From positions 1 to 64,000 of the forward strand of contig KZ538159.1 in assembly GCA_000934665.2 (NCBI GenBank): 64,000 bases of DNA, in the 5' to 3' direction. Position numbers and translations under genes: made by a program. The DNA is from Catajapyx aquilonaris. Lineage: Eukaryota. Positions 1 to 12,190 of the stretch are shown here, piece by piece. The notes beneath the pieces were generated by a model, which was not told the DNA's origin, ran no database searches, and saw nothing but the letters and a program-made list of their open reading frames with translations. The stretch's first letter is position 1. Each line of letters begins with the position of its first letter.

Positions 1-399
1 GAGAGTGAGATCTGTCGATCCTACAACAGACCTGAGCGTTTCAGAATTTAATCTCCATTAATAAACGCAGGGGGGATTTAATTACGAAGGCCCCCCCTAG
101 CGCTCCCAGGTGCAAAATGCAAGCGACACATCGCCCACCGTAATTAGTGATCTCTGGCGAATAATTAGAAATTGGGAAAATCCGCTCGGTACGATCTGTT
201 GGCAAGGAGTGCCCCTTGACGGTGATTACAATGCCGTCACTTAATTGCGATTAACCAGCCCAGGCGAGCCCGGTTCGCGCCGTCGTCAAGGGTCGTCAGT
301 GGCGACGTCGATCGTGGCACTGACGCCTCAGAGAGTGAGATCTGTCGATCCTACAACAGACTTGAGAGTTACATAATTTAATCCCCATTAATGAACGCT
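1..399. repeat. ~69-bp direct repeat, copies 330 bp apart (1-69 and 331-399)
   Basis: GAGAGTGAGATCTGTCGATCCTACAACAGAC identical in both copies, followed by diverged similar sequence. Confidence 0.85.
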
Positions 400-459
400 A
401 CGACGTCTAGGAGTCGTCGGGAGTGCTACCGCGATTCTCGGAACTGTTATTGCCCGGTA

Positions 460-1298
460 ACGGGTGATAATCAATAGCAGCGAAGTCCGTCCCCCATGGG
501 GAGCCAATATGGCGGCTACCGTGGCTGGAGCCCCCCCCCCCTCCCCCCCCCACCCCGGCTACCCCCGCCACATCTCCGCACAATCTGGCAACAGCGCGGG
601 AGCAAGGCCGGCGCTCGACGATGGATTAGTTCTTCCTGTCGTGCAGCTTTTTCCCGTGCAACATTTTTCGGGCCCGACCGGTGCGTATTTTTGGGACCGC
701 ACAGGATTTTCCCGCCCAACCGGTGCACATTCGCATGGACCGCCGCGCATTCTGCGCGGAAAGCGCCCAAGATTTGAGCGTACAATTATTTTCCTTTTTG
801 AGCGCCATACCCCGGGTTCGCCCGTAGTCACGGCCATGATCAAATAAGCTGCTGCTACGCCAGTGGGCTGTGAACAGCTGTGCTACAAATAGCCTCCATG
901 TCCGGACCCAAGATGGCTTCCGGATCAGCCGAACCTTCAAATTTCAATGAACACCGAGCTTTCAAGATGAAAATAAGAATGAGAAACGATGAGTATGATC
1001 GGGTGTGGAGCCGGAATGAAACAAAGGGGGGAGCCCAGTGGAATGCGGGCAGCAGCATTGTTGTTGCAACACTCGTCGCAAGAATGTGGGAGGAAGAAAG
1101 AGTCAGTTGGAGGATTGTCCGCTTGGGGTCGCATAGGAGGGTTCGGTCACTCGGGTGGGGGAGGCAGGCGATTGGCTGGTTGTGGTCACGTGGTGTGGAG
1201 GCAGCCATCTTTGTCACCGGCGTGGGTGGGGCGGGAAAAGGAAGAGGATCAGCTCCAGGGCATGGATGGACAGGACAGGGACAGCAATTTCGGTGAGT
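460..1298 (+). promoter_or_regulatory. CpG-rich promoter-like region ending in a strong plus-strand donor (candidate first exon)
   Basis: YY1/Pho-like ATGGC motifs (~506, ~910, ~1201); ATTGG at 1171; CACGTG at 1187; ATG at 1262; TCG|GTGAGT donor at 1293. Confidence 0.45.
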
Positions 1299-1584
1299 TC
1301 ATAAGATTCTTCACTAAAAATGGAGTAAGATCCTACCGTTCCCTACCATCCCGCATGATGCGTTACAGAAGCAAGTTGTCCATCCGTATTTTGAATTCAC
1401 ATTTTGAACCACTGACTAATTTGTGTTGGATTTTTGATTGTGGGGGTGAAATGGGATGACCTGCAGAAAATCCACGCAAAGAGGCAGAGAACTTGTCAAA
1501 ACTTTTTTCGTGTTAGACATTACATTGTGGTTATTTCCCCCCAGCAATTTGCAGAGTGAATCAGTGTGAGCAGTGAATGCCATT

Positions 1585-1590
1585 TTTATT
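1585..1590 (-). terminator. Candidate polyadenylation signal of Rpn7
   Basis: AATAAA on the minus strand, ~60 nt after the stop codon. Confidence 0.6.
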
Positions 1591-1651
1591 CATACCATTA
1601 GAGACCTGAAAATAACATTAGCGATATGGTAAATAACAAATGAAAGCACAT

Positions 1652-1826
1652 CTAAATATTGATGACACGTGACAACTTCTGTATCCGGTTGAGGAGAATA
1701 TCTCCCTGCTTGATGGTGGCCTGGTACTGCCAGTTCTTGGAATCGGGTCTGTTTGTCTCCACAATTCCTCCAACCTTGTCAATGCGGCAGTGGAGGCGAC
1801 CTGCTGCTATGAAGCGAGCCAGCTCT
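1652..1826 (-). CDS. PSMD6: Rpn7 coding exon 6 (terminal)
   Basis: Acceptor [24 protein letters not shown]...LSRVINI then TAG. Confidence 0.93.
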
Positions 1827-3200
1827 CTGAAATTAAATGCAACTGTCAATACAAAGGCTCTCATGAATGGTACCACCATCCTCATGATCTTTCAACATAC
1901 CTGTCGATGTAGTCGACTGAGACCCCAAATGCATTGGCCATGTATTCAAGGGTGAGGCTGCGGTATGATTCCAACAACTGGGTGTAGGCCAGAATGCGCA
2001 TTTCACGGACATAGAACCGGTAGTGAGGGTGAAACAGGCGGTCCTCCATCATCATCACCTCAATCTTGGCTGCAATATAGAAACGTTTATGTATTGCTGG
2101 AGGCCACATTACATCAGACAAGCAGAGCAGCAATAAGAGCAATGCAGGAATCCAACCTACCGAGATTCTGGAAGAACTGCGCATACTGGCAGTCATAGAG
2201 GGACGTGAGGTATTCCTTGACCTCTGGGTTGGAGTGCAGCACTTCAAGAATCTCGCTCCCTCTCACCACCTTGTCCCGCAGCTCATTCCTTGGTAGGGAG
2301 ATCATGCTGACGTAGACAGTGTACTTCACGAAGGTAGTGTAGTCCATCAGCTCGTAGGAGGTGAAGGTAGAAGTAGTGTCTAGGAATAGCGTGGCAGCTG
2401 TCTTGAAGTCGCGGATAGCAAGGCAGTATGCGCCTTGGTACACCTTCAAGCGGTTGCGCCGATCCCAATCACCACCTTCCTCAATCAGGCTGCAAAATAG
2501 GGGGATAAACAACTGTAATTTGTGCTACTTGTGGCGATTAGTCGTGTGACAAGGTACAAGAAACATACTCTTTTGCCTTGTCAATATTCCGGGTAATCAT
2601 GTCATGATCCATGTAGAACAGGCCGATTCGAATGTTGTAGAAAATGATATCCAGTCGGTGGCCCAGGGACACGGTCTTCTCGTAGGCCTTGCGGAAGGTT
2701 GACACTGCGCCTTCCTGTAGGTCAAATTGTGAGCATTCAGTCCGGTTTTGATCAGCCGCTCGTACCAAACTCACACCCTACCTTATCCCCAACCCGGCTG
2801 AGGATGGAGGCCTTCTTCATGAGAGCCTCCCGCACCTCCATCTCCCCCAGGTTCTTCTCCGCATCAGAAATGGTGGCGTCCAGCTTGTCCAGCTCCGCCT
2901 TGATGACGGCCATCATGGCCTCATGCTTGGCCGTGTCCATGGTCCACCCCAGGGCCTTGCACACATCCTCGTAGAAATAAGCCATGTCTGGAATGAAGCC
3001 ATGTGAATGACCCTTCCTCCAACCAAAATGAGTCAGCACTTACTGTCTGTCTGTATGGCCTGCATGAGCTGCACCTTGATGGCCTCCCTCCTGGCGTTGT
3101 CCAGCGAGGGCGGGTTGGTGGCCAGCAGGAACTTCCATTGCGCCAGTTGCAGGTTCGGGTTCTTCTCCAGGCCCTCCTCCTCCAGGTTCTCCAGCGGCAT
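1652..3200 (-). CDS. PSMD6: 26S proteasome non-ATPase regulatory subunit 6 (Rpn7, PCI-domain lid subunit); 6 exons, 393 aa
   Basis: ORF fragments match Rpn7 ([83 protein letters not shown]). Exons 3200-3044, 2987-2782, 2714-2569, 2489-2161, 2069-1901 and 1826-1652 join through GT-AG introns with consistent phases to 1182 nt (393 aa plus stop). Confidence 0.97.
1901..2069 (-). CDS. PSMD6: Rpn7 coding exon 5
   Basis: Acceptor [30 protein letters not shown]...VDYID; donor GTATGT. Confidence 0.93.
2161..2489 (-). CDS. PSMD6: Rpn7 coding exon 4
   Basis: Acceptor [23 protein letters not shown]...AQFFQNL; donor GTAGGT. Confidence 0.93.
2569..2714 (-). CDS. PSMD6: Rpn7 coding exon 3
   Basis: Acceptor [28 protein letters not shown]...NIDKAK; donor GTATGT. 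Confidence 0.92.
2782..2987 (-). CDS. PSMD6: Rpn7 coding exon 2
   Basis: Acceptor [17 protein letters not shown]...SRVGDK; donor GTAGGG; phase 0. Confidence 0.92.
3044..3200 (-). CDS. PSMD6: Rpn7 coding exon 1
   Basis: ATG at 3200 ([10 protein letters not shown]...); donor GTAAGT at 3043; phase 1. Confidence 0.93.
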
Positions 3201-3428
3201 CTTTGCGTTCTTCGGTGCTGTCCACACAAGCCTAAGTGGCGACTAGTGGCGAACTGATGAACAAGTGACTGCCTTGCCTCGCAGGGTGGCCAGCTGCTGG
3301 TAGTTTACAACCGGATTGATTTTCCTGGGCCCGGTTTTAATCAACAGGACTGGTTGTATCCTGTTACCGGCTTAATTTTCATTACGGACCGGTTGTAACG
3401 TAGTAATATTACACCGCCCCCTTGTGAC

Positions 3429-3485
3429 GGCGCCATCTGTTGGTGAGTCGGCCAAACCGCAGGTTGAACCGGTAGATGGCGCCAC
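3429..3485. promoter_or_regulatory. Divergent pair of CTCF-like motifs
   Basis: CCAACAGATGGCGCC (minus, 3429-3443) and CCGGTAGATGGCGCCAC (plus, 3469-3485). Confidence 0.5.
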
Positions 3486-5270
3486 AGTGCGTGTTACTTG
3501 CTGAGTTCAGGTGTACGAACTCTATGGAGGCAAATTGCTTCTTATTCGCATAAATTGGCCTGTTATGGGTCTGCGATTCAATAATACGGGACTGGGTACG
3601 TGGGAGGGTAGATTAATAATGCATCTGGGGGGGGGGGGGGTNTAGTTGTGCAATGCGGCGGAAGGAGCACCTTGTGTTGGAGGTTATTGGGCGCTCTTTG
3701 CACGTTGCCAAGGACTTTTGGTAAACAACACTTATGGTGTTTCATTATTGCAAAGCCTACAACGTATGGTGGATTGTTGCAAGTGTTTTCGATGATACGA
3801 AATGATTGGGTGCTTTAGTAATAATGAGTCAGTTATAATTATCCCACGCGTGTTCTTATGCACAGTATGAAGCAACATCGTAATATGTATAAATTATTTG
3901 CGTAACTTTTTCACTTTGCTTTTTTTTCTTAGCTTCTCACATGCGCATTGCGCGTGATTATGAAATAACCTTATATACTAAATTCTTAATACTGTAAAAA
4001 AAGGGTACTTTCCCCATGAGTGATACTTGCTACAGTACCATGTACTGTATCATATCTTCGTAATCATCTTTCCTTAGATGCTGATGTACAATCACGTTAA
4101 TTATCTGTTATATAATACCTATCAAATATTATCAAATAAGCTGTCAAACAGCCATTCAAATTGAGCATGAAAAATTAATATATTTTTGATATAACTAATA
4201 AATAGCAGTTGCAGTATACATTAGTGCAGAAATTTAATAATTAGCATTGGATTCAAATGGACTTTGTATCAATGCGCCATAGATTGTGTCTATTTAATTA
4301 GATATTCTTAACAGCATAATGTCACAGTGTTGCGGCATCTATTTTGATTTACCCTTAAAGTTATAATGGCATACATTAGATTACCCAACAAGATCCGATA
4401 TGGCTTGGTGATTAATTGGGAAAGGTCGGACGATTGATAATGAATGACCTAACCTTCCCCGACGATGGTGATATAATCACAGAGCTTAACATGTATTCAA
4501 GAATGTGATTACGAAATAAATGTCACCTTACACACCACTCGAGATTGTTACCATCCATGACTTTTCGGCCATTGGTACTAGTACTTGCGTCAATGAAAAT
4601 AATCGGGTAAGATATTTTTTTTTCAATTATCATCAATGTTTTTGCGTGCAATGCTTTTTGCAGTGTTTTGCACATCATGCACTGGTCCTTTCGTGTTTAT
4701 ATATGCTTCATATGACGTATATTAGTTTTTAGCTATACTTGTTCGCACTAGCTGTGTTCTAAGATTAACATAGTACGTAGCAACGTATTGTGGGTTTCCC
4801 TACTTGCACCCACAAAAAAAAACATGTTTACAACTAACTTATAAATTATGGTAGGACATGCCTTTGCAAACGTAGATATCGGGCACGCAAGTCGATAGTG
4901 GTCAGAGAGAGAGAAAAAATTCCAACAATATTGCTCACAATAAAGCTTGATTCTATCAGGACACCGTTAGCGTATAAAACTGCGAAGATTTTTATGGTCA
5001 GGCATGACGCCATAACTCCGCAAATACGGCAGTAAAGTCAATTTGGCATTCAGCAGTGTTCCTAACTTACGGTACTTTGTTATTGGCATTTAGCTTATTT
5101 TCGTTCCTCATAGCAAATATTATGAGCGCACGTGTCACCTTGATTGTCCTAACAGCTATTTTTGGTCGAAAACAATGGTAATGCAATGTATTAATTTGGA
5201 ATGTTTGCACATCCGTTTTGCTTCAACCTATAACTGCAAGTTTCTGGCTAAATCTGATTATTATTATTTA

Positions 5271-5494
5271 GAAATACTTTGAATGAATCGATGCTACATC
5301 CGCGGTTCCTGCTTTGCTGCCCTTTCGCCCCCTGCGGCCAAGGATGACCTCGGAGGTCAAGTCCAATGTGCTAAAAACCTTCCTCGTTAAAAACTACCCC
5401 TAATGATCACCCGCCCCAGGGTGATCATTAGGGGTAGTTTTTAACGAGGAAGGTTTTCGAGGCCTCCGTATTGATTGGCATCGAGAGCAAGGGG
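5271..5494 (+). mobile_element. Dispersed repeat, copy 1 (family unidentified), containing a perfect 39-bp hairpin
   Basis: Aligns with 33231-33429; hairpin arms 5374-5412 and 5419-5457. Confidence 0.8.
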
Positions 5495-8400
5495 TTCGTA
5501 TCATTGGGCTACACCACCGCCATCTCTTGTCAGCCCGTCAAACAATATTCGTTTCTTGCCACATATGCCCACCTGAATAAACCAGGTCTGGTCCAGGCAT
5601 CCTATTGACCTTCAGGGATGAAGGAAAAGAAGCTCGGTGAATGATATAGCAAGTCTCATTGATTTGATCGGCATGTCAATGGGGAGGTCGGGCCTCTTGT
5701 GGGTACAACCAGGACTAGCCAAAGTTGCGAAAGGTGATAGGCGACAGGAAATGGGACGCCATCAGGAAATAGCCATCCGACTATAGGCAAATGTAGGCAG
5801 CAGATGGGGTCATTTGGTCAGGAGGAAAATGTAATTTTTGTCGATTGGCAGATTTGCTGATTGACACGTGTGATAGTTTCGGTGGATTCGTTATATAGTT
5901 GGGCAGTTTTTATCTCAAGGATTTCATAGAGGAAAATGGGGGCGATTTATAAGGAAATATGGCTGGATGGAAGATATATTGCTGATTGGTTATATAACAA
6001 TTATTTTAAAAGTTGATATACAGTTGATATACATATATAATTATTTCATACACATATACTTCACAATTAGCATACCGGTACAGGTCGGTATGTGCGTCAC
6101 ATATGCGTGTTGCCAACACATGTCATCGTCCCAAAAATACAGGGCGTTTACCCCTTGTTATATAAAAGGTGACTCGAACTTAAAGGGTGGGAACACAAAG
6201 GTGCAAATGTAAGTTGCCCATTACATAACGACCTTGTTGCATAATTCAAAGGTGGATAGGGGGGTGTCACTCGTACATATAAAAAAGATGTATCTACACA
6301 CTCACAAACAAATAATAAAAAATGAAGTACGAGTAGTTAGAGCGTGTAAGTTCCGCCCTAGAACCGTCAGATGGCCTTGGTAAAGAACAGTTAGGATCAA
6401 GTTTGACCCTCAGTTTAGGAGGAAATGGCCATGATAGTAAAAGTTGTTTCGAAATTTATATATATATTTTTTGTACATACACTTCCCACATTGTTGTTCA
6501 TTCATTTTTATCAGGTCGAATTGTAGTTGTGTCGTTTTTGGGGGCGCACCTTCGTGACTTGGCTGCCAACAACCTTCCCTCTCACTTGGAGTGTCCTTGT
6601 CCAAATATGCGGAAGAGACTTTATAAACACCTGCCCTAAAGTCTGCTCTGCAATAACCTTGCGATTACAAAAGGCTGGTTTTTTTGGGGGTGGGTGGGGT
6701 GGGGGGTAGTGTTACGCACGCTCATGTAATACCTGACTATTACATTGGATCGTAAAAAATGCACCAAATGCGAAAGTTATAAATGTAACCTGTTGTAATT
6801 TTACTTAAAAAAATAATGAGTGATAAATTTTAAAAAATATACATTACTGCCCAGTACATCTCCAGTAATGGCTATTGCAATGTGGGCAATTTTTCGGTTG
6901 TGAAATTCGAGATATGTGTCAAAAGTAATTCACCTTGCTCATGTAACGTTATTAAAATTTTTTTGGGGGTGGATGATGGCATAACTCAAGGTGGTAGGTG
7001 GAGTACTAATTTTTTTTTCTGACGTCACTAGTACAAGGCTACTTGTTTCAGCCTTGGATAAACAGTAAAAGTGTTGCCATCGCAACAAAACCTGGTTTCA
7101 TGAAAGATGTAGTGAAGCAAACACCTGTTTTTTAAAAACAATTATGACCATATGATTAGAAAAAAATAACTAATAGATGGCCAGAAGGTTGATTTTCACA
7201 GTTGGCATGTGATAAGCCCAGAGCTGTCAAAATGGCATATTTCCGATGAGATACCCATATCCAATCAGCGTGGTCTGATTGCCGTGTAATAACACCGAAC
7301 TCTGGAGGCGACAATAATTAGCGGAGATACCATTTTTTGGGGGGTGAATCTTTTGCCTTGGGTTCTCACCTGTCATTGGATCATTTCGTCAACCCCGAGG
7401 TTCTAATAAGTGGAATTACATCTTAATGTTCGCATGATTTTCAGAGGCTTGTTAAATTCGAGGCACGTAATCCGGGTAGTGGACTTCAAGTGTATGGAGG
7501 GGACTCGCAATGCAATTAGAGCAGGGTCCTAATGAAATTAGGCAAGCATTATCTCCTGGCTCTGTGTGCTGATGAGCCCAAACTCCACTTTCTGAATGCC
7601 AAAATCTGTAGGAGATGGCGCTGTCGACCTAAGTACTCGGAGTGTTCGCCAGTGGCCGCCACTTGATGGGCGCTTTCAGTATCGGTTTGAGTTAACTAGC
7701 TAGCGACAGTTAATTAGTGCTGCTGACATCAGACAAGTGTTGAGGGTACATCTCACACCAATGTGTGATATATCCAGGGAGGTAGGATCGATGCTATCGA
7801 TTCTACCATACACTTCTGACATTTTGGGGTCAGCAATCTTGTGCAGGGGTGCTGGAGAAGTCAGACCAATTTTTCGGAGGTGATTTATAACGTAATTGGA
7901 TATGGTACAGGGTCCTACGAATTATGGAGATACTCTCAGCTAAATGCATAAATGGGTACGGGCACGTCCACTATGACGCGACGTACAGTTCTGAGGACAC
8001 CATTCAAGTGTCGCATTTAATGAATCCCATGCGATTTCTAGGGAGGGTAAATCATGCTAACTAAATCGCAGCCAGTTGGAGGGTAGGCCATGTCCATTCC
8101 ATAATTCATGGCTGTAGAAGGCGAGTCGGGTTGACATCTCAGATTCCAGACCACTTTTGCAGGGTACTCAGTCACTTCGAATATTGTCACTTTTTTAAAC
8201 AGTTCAAAGCCACAAAAAATTGGACATTCTTGATGTCAGCGCCAATTATTGTGATGGAATATATGGAAGGTGCTTTAGTTAATTGGGTGGGGTAATTAAT
8301 CGAGATGGGACGTTTATTGAAGGTTTGTCTGATATTTTTCAAGGGATAAAAAAAACGTCTAGTTGCAATATCTTGCATAGAGATAAGATATTGCGGGGTA

Positions 8401-10819
8401 TGCTTCTGAGAATGTGCAGTACTTGAGTACATGACATGCTACACATGTCCTTAGGTTGACTGTATCCAGGCGAGGACAAGAGGATTAAAAAGAAAATGCA
8501 ACGGTTTTGAAATTCTTACAGCTACGTATAAATAATTATTGCGTAAAAATGTCGGGTAATATATTACGCGAATAAATTTTTTATGTTAATACAGTTCTTG
8601 CGAAGGTTGAGATTTTATAGCGTGCACTTAAAATTACGTTATCGTATGACGCAAATTTGTATAATGGATATCAGCAAATGCTTTAATAAATGTTCGTTGA
8701 TAATAATGATATGCAATATGAAAAATGCCTTCATAATACCCATGTGATTGCCACATCCTTATATATTGATTCTAACACAATGAAGTTAACTAATGTAACA
8801 TCTTATAAAATACTACAATGTCCAACGACATACGTTTCCCAGGGTATAGTAATACGAAGGTGGCATTTACACCCTTGAGTAACTCAAAATTTATGATGTA
8901 TTTTATACACTATATCAATTGCATGATGCGCAAGAACAACGTTTCTCATGCTATGATGCAAAAACCCCATAGAGCTGGAGTTATATATTTTTACCACTAT
9001 AAAAAGTGGCTATTCACAAGGTACTATTGCGTAAGCTGCATTGCAGTAATGAGGTGTTTGGCAATTCTGTTCCCCATTTTTTTGCTCCTCTTAATGCACT
9101 GCGGTTGGTCGTGGGAAGGGAGGCAGGATTGCGATATATTACCTGACAGGGTTCAATGTCGGTTACTCAGCTGGCCTTGGATAAGGTAGGATGGAGGCGA
9201 TGATGATGATGATTGCGATAGAGTGTGTTTGTCGACTCCTCATTGGCCATCTAACTCCCTTTGTTGCATATACAGGCCGGGAAAAAAAAGTGGGCCAAAC
9301 TGACATTATTTCCAACTGTCCGGGGTATCACGTGATCAGACCCCACCCGGATTGGCCACCCGTATTTTTGTTTGTACCGATCGGCATTGAGTCGCTTCAA
9401 TGTCCCTTCCTACCTTCTCTTTGTTGCGTTTTGACCTTTGCTACTCTATATAAGGACGGAGGGGTATTTGAACGCTGACTCTTTCAAGGGAAACCACGAG
9501 CAGGTGACCCTGAGTCACGGAAGTTGCGTATGCAATCACATTATTCCTATGAGAGCTTAGCGGGATTGCACAACATGCTGTAAATAGTATGCTACCTCCC
9601 TGGAATACTGATGCCTGTAATAAGCTTAGGTGTTTTTCTCGGGCTGGTTTTATCACAACAGGCACGTACTGCGCCCTGGTGGCAGGAAAGCACTAGCTAA
9701 TACCCACCTAAAAATAATAGTTAAAAATGATGAAACCAAAAATAGCTGTCCATTTTCAGCCATTTGTGTGCTTTGAAGCGCAGTTGTCATTTCGCAAACT
9801 GTTTGCTATTTTGAACTGAAGTAAATAAATAAAAAGTTATTTGTGGACTGCTATTGAGGACTGAGGTCGATCAGAGAGCATTTTACTAGGTAGAAATAGT
9901 ATCGGCAAATGATGTGGGCGATTGCGGACGGTGGCCCCAAAAGAGAGACTAACGAGGTTCGAAATGGCCCCAAAATGGCGGGCCATTCCTAAGGAGACAC
10001 TTCCTTCTAGATAATCACCATCACTTTTGTCCTGTAATTAGACCTTCCAATCACACCACCTTTTGTTCGTCCCCCCAGGGAAGAAGACTCTTGCTCTTCT
10101 GTTAGGACCAGCCAATTGGAGCTAATTTAGTGTCCAAAATAGTAAATTGATAGAGTCCAAATAATCAGAAAATCGATTTTCGATACTTGTTTCTTGTTTA
10201 CATTGAATTGTATGGTATACAAGACGATATATCGAAATATCGCAGCCAAAGCAAAGTTTGTACGATAGGCAATATTTAATATAAAAACTCGTAAAATATC
10301 GGAAAATCGATATTCCACTTGTTTCATACGTTTACATTGAATTTTGAAGGTACACAAGATGATATTCGAAAAATGTAGTAGTCTGGACGCAGCGACCTCT
10401 TTTGTTTACTGCTGTTAGTTTGGTCTGGGAACGAAGCCAGTTTACGCCATGTTATTTCTAGATGAGGGACATGTTTTGAAGAAGAATGCCGAGTGGGGTC
10501 TGCAACCTTCAATTCGCGACCTAACCCACCACAAACTCTGGCAACATTGCATCAGAATAGGTGGCCATGTTGTTTGGTATGGCCTGGGGAGTTTTCTACT
10601 ACATTTATACTGCCAGCTAGGGTCTAAAGTTACGCTCATTTACCCAGAAGCGGATGACCTCCAGCTCTTGAATGGAGGGATGGTTGTCCTCGCGTGACAG
10701 GCCTGCAGGATTCTTCTCGCAATGATGCAATAACAACCAGACCCACCCATCCAGCCGACACCCAATGGCACAGGAAGTATTAGGTCATGATTAAAGATGG
10801 ACGCCCTGAAATTTGCATA

Positions 10820-10905
10820 TTTGCTGGAACCAATCCGAATGATTCCAATCAGAATCAATGTGATTCCAATCATAATCAGAATAGTTCCAATCAGAATCAG
10901 ATTGG
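10820..10905. repeat. Short imperfect ~21-bp tandem repeat (TTCCAATCAGAATCA core)
   Basis: Three to four units visible. Confidence 0.7.
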
Positions 10906-11991
10906 TTATCCGCCAACATTATTATATCGTCTGCATATATTATTATTAGTAATAGTCACTAACCTTGAATTATTGTTGCTGCAATTCACCAGGTGACGTG
11001 TCGGACATTACAAAGGTGTAGCATGTGCGCAGGTAAATGTCCTGTAGAGCATGAGTCAGCTTGCTGTGCCCCATAATTACCATCTTCCACACTCTTTGTT
11101 ATTGTCTTTAAATGCGTGTTAGTAGGTCATTTGTATGGAGGATCACGAATTCTTTAGGTCCCATTTTTCAGTCGGCGGGAAACTTCTTGGAGATTCATCC
11201 TCACATGTTTTCGTAGATGGCATGTTGGGAGTTAATAATACCTTAAGTGTTATTCTAGTCCGTACTACGACTTCAGGCAATATTTAATATGAAATTATGG
11301 TGGCGGCTTTGGTATAGCAATTCACTTAAGTTTCGAAAGAGTTTTTGAATAATTCACATCCACTCGAATGACATTCCTGTTTTGTATTCATAGGAAGATA
11401 TGCGCAAGACGTTAACTTGCATACTGCAATCACAAAATAATGGGACCGACACTTGGACATGAAATTCCACGAAAACTGACATGCGACGTTACGTTAATTA
11501 TTACCGAACCAAATTTTGGTAATTGCAGGTCATATTTAAAATATGGGGGGGTCTAAGCGTGACAGGTTGTAAAAAAATAATAAAGCTATCCGCGTGTTTA
11601 TTATAAGTAGCTCATACCACATGCAACACCGGTGATGTTTATCATATTTTTTTGTACATAAAACGCGTGGTTGTTTGCAAGCACAAATGATATTAAATCA
11701 GGTATTGGGCAAGCCCCCGCAAAAGTAGGGGTAATCGCCCCAGTGGTTAACCTTCAGACGGACCAGATTTTTAACTTATGCAGTTTGACTCCTGACCCCA
11801 CCTGCTATAATTCATGCAGCGAGTCGTCGTGAGAGCAGCCGCCGGCATATTTTGTTTTTTACCTGTGACATGCTACACGGTGGGCAGGACCTGAAATGCC
11901 TAACGTTTCACATAAATATTGGACCAATTAGGCTTTGGAATTTTTGCTACTGTGGGTGGCTTTACAATAAATAAAATAAAAATCTGACCTG

Positions 11992-12190
11992 ACCGAGATT
12001 TGAACCTCGAACTTTCAGCATGTATACTGAAAGTTCGTGGTTCGAATCCCGGTGTGGCCATTTTTTTTCACATTTTAATCCAGCTATCGTAGCAAAAATT
12101 CGCAAGCTTCATTTGTCCAATATTTATGAGAAGCTTTCAGCATTTTTCAGTATACGTACTGAAAACGGGGTTCGAATCCCGGTCCGGCCA
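11992..12190. repeat. Pol III B-box (tRNA/SINE 3'-half) fragments, one pair arranged as a hairpin
   Basis: GGTTCGAATCC at 12039 and 12169 and an inverted copy at 11996-12006; imperfect inverted repeat 11992-12053. Confidence 0.65.

Noticed and set aside
3203..3227. N-terminal extension MWTAPKNAK of Rpn7 in the ORF track
   Set aside because: Starts at a non-ATG codon; the conserved Rpn7 N-terminus begins at MPLENL (3200)
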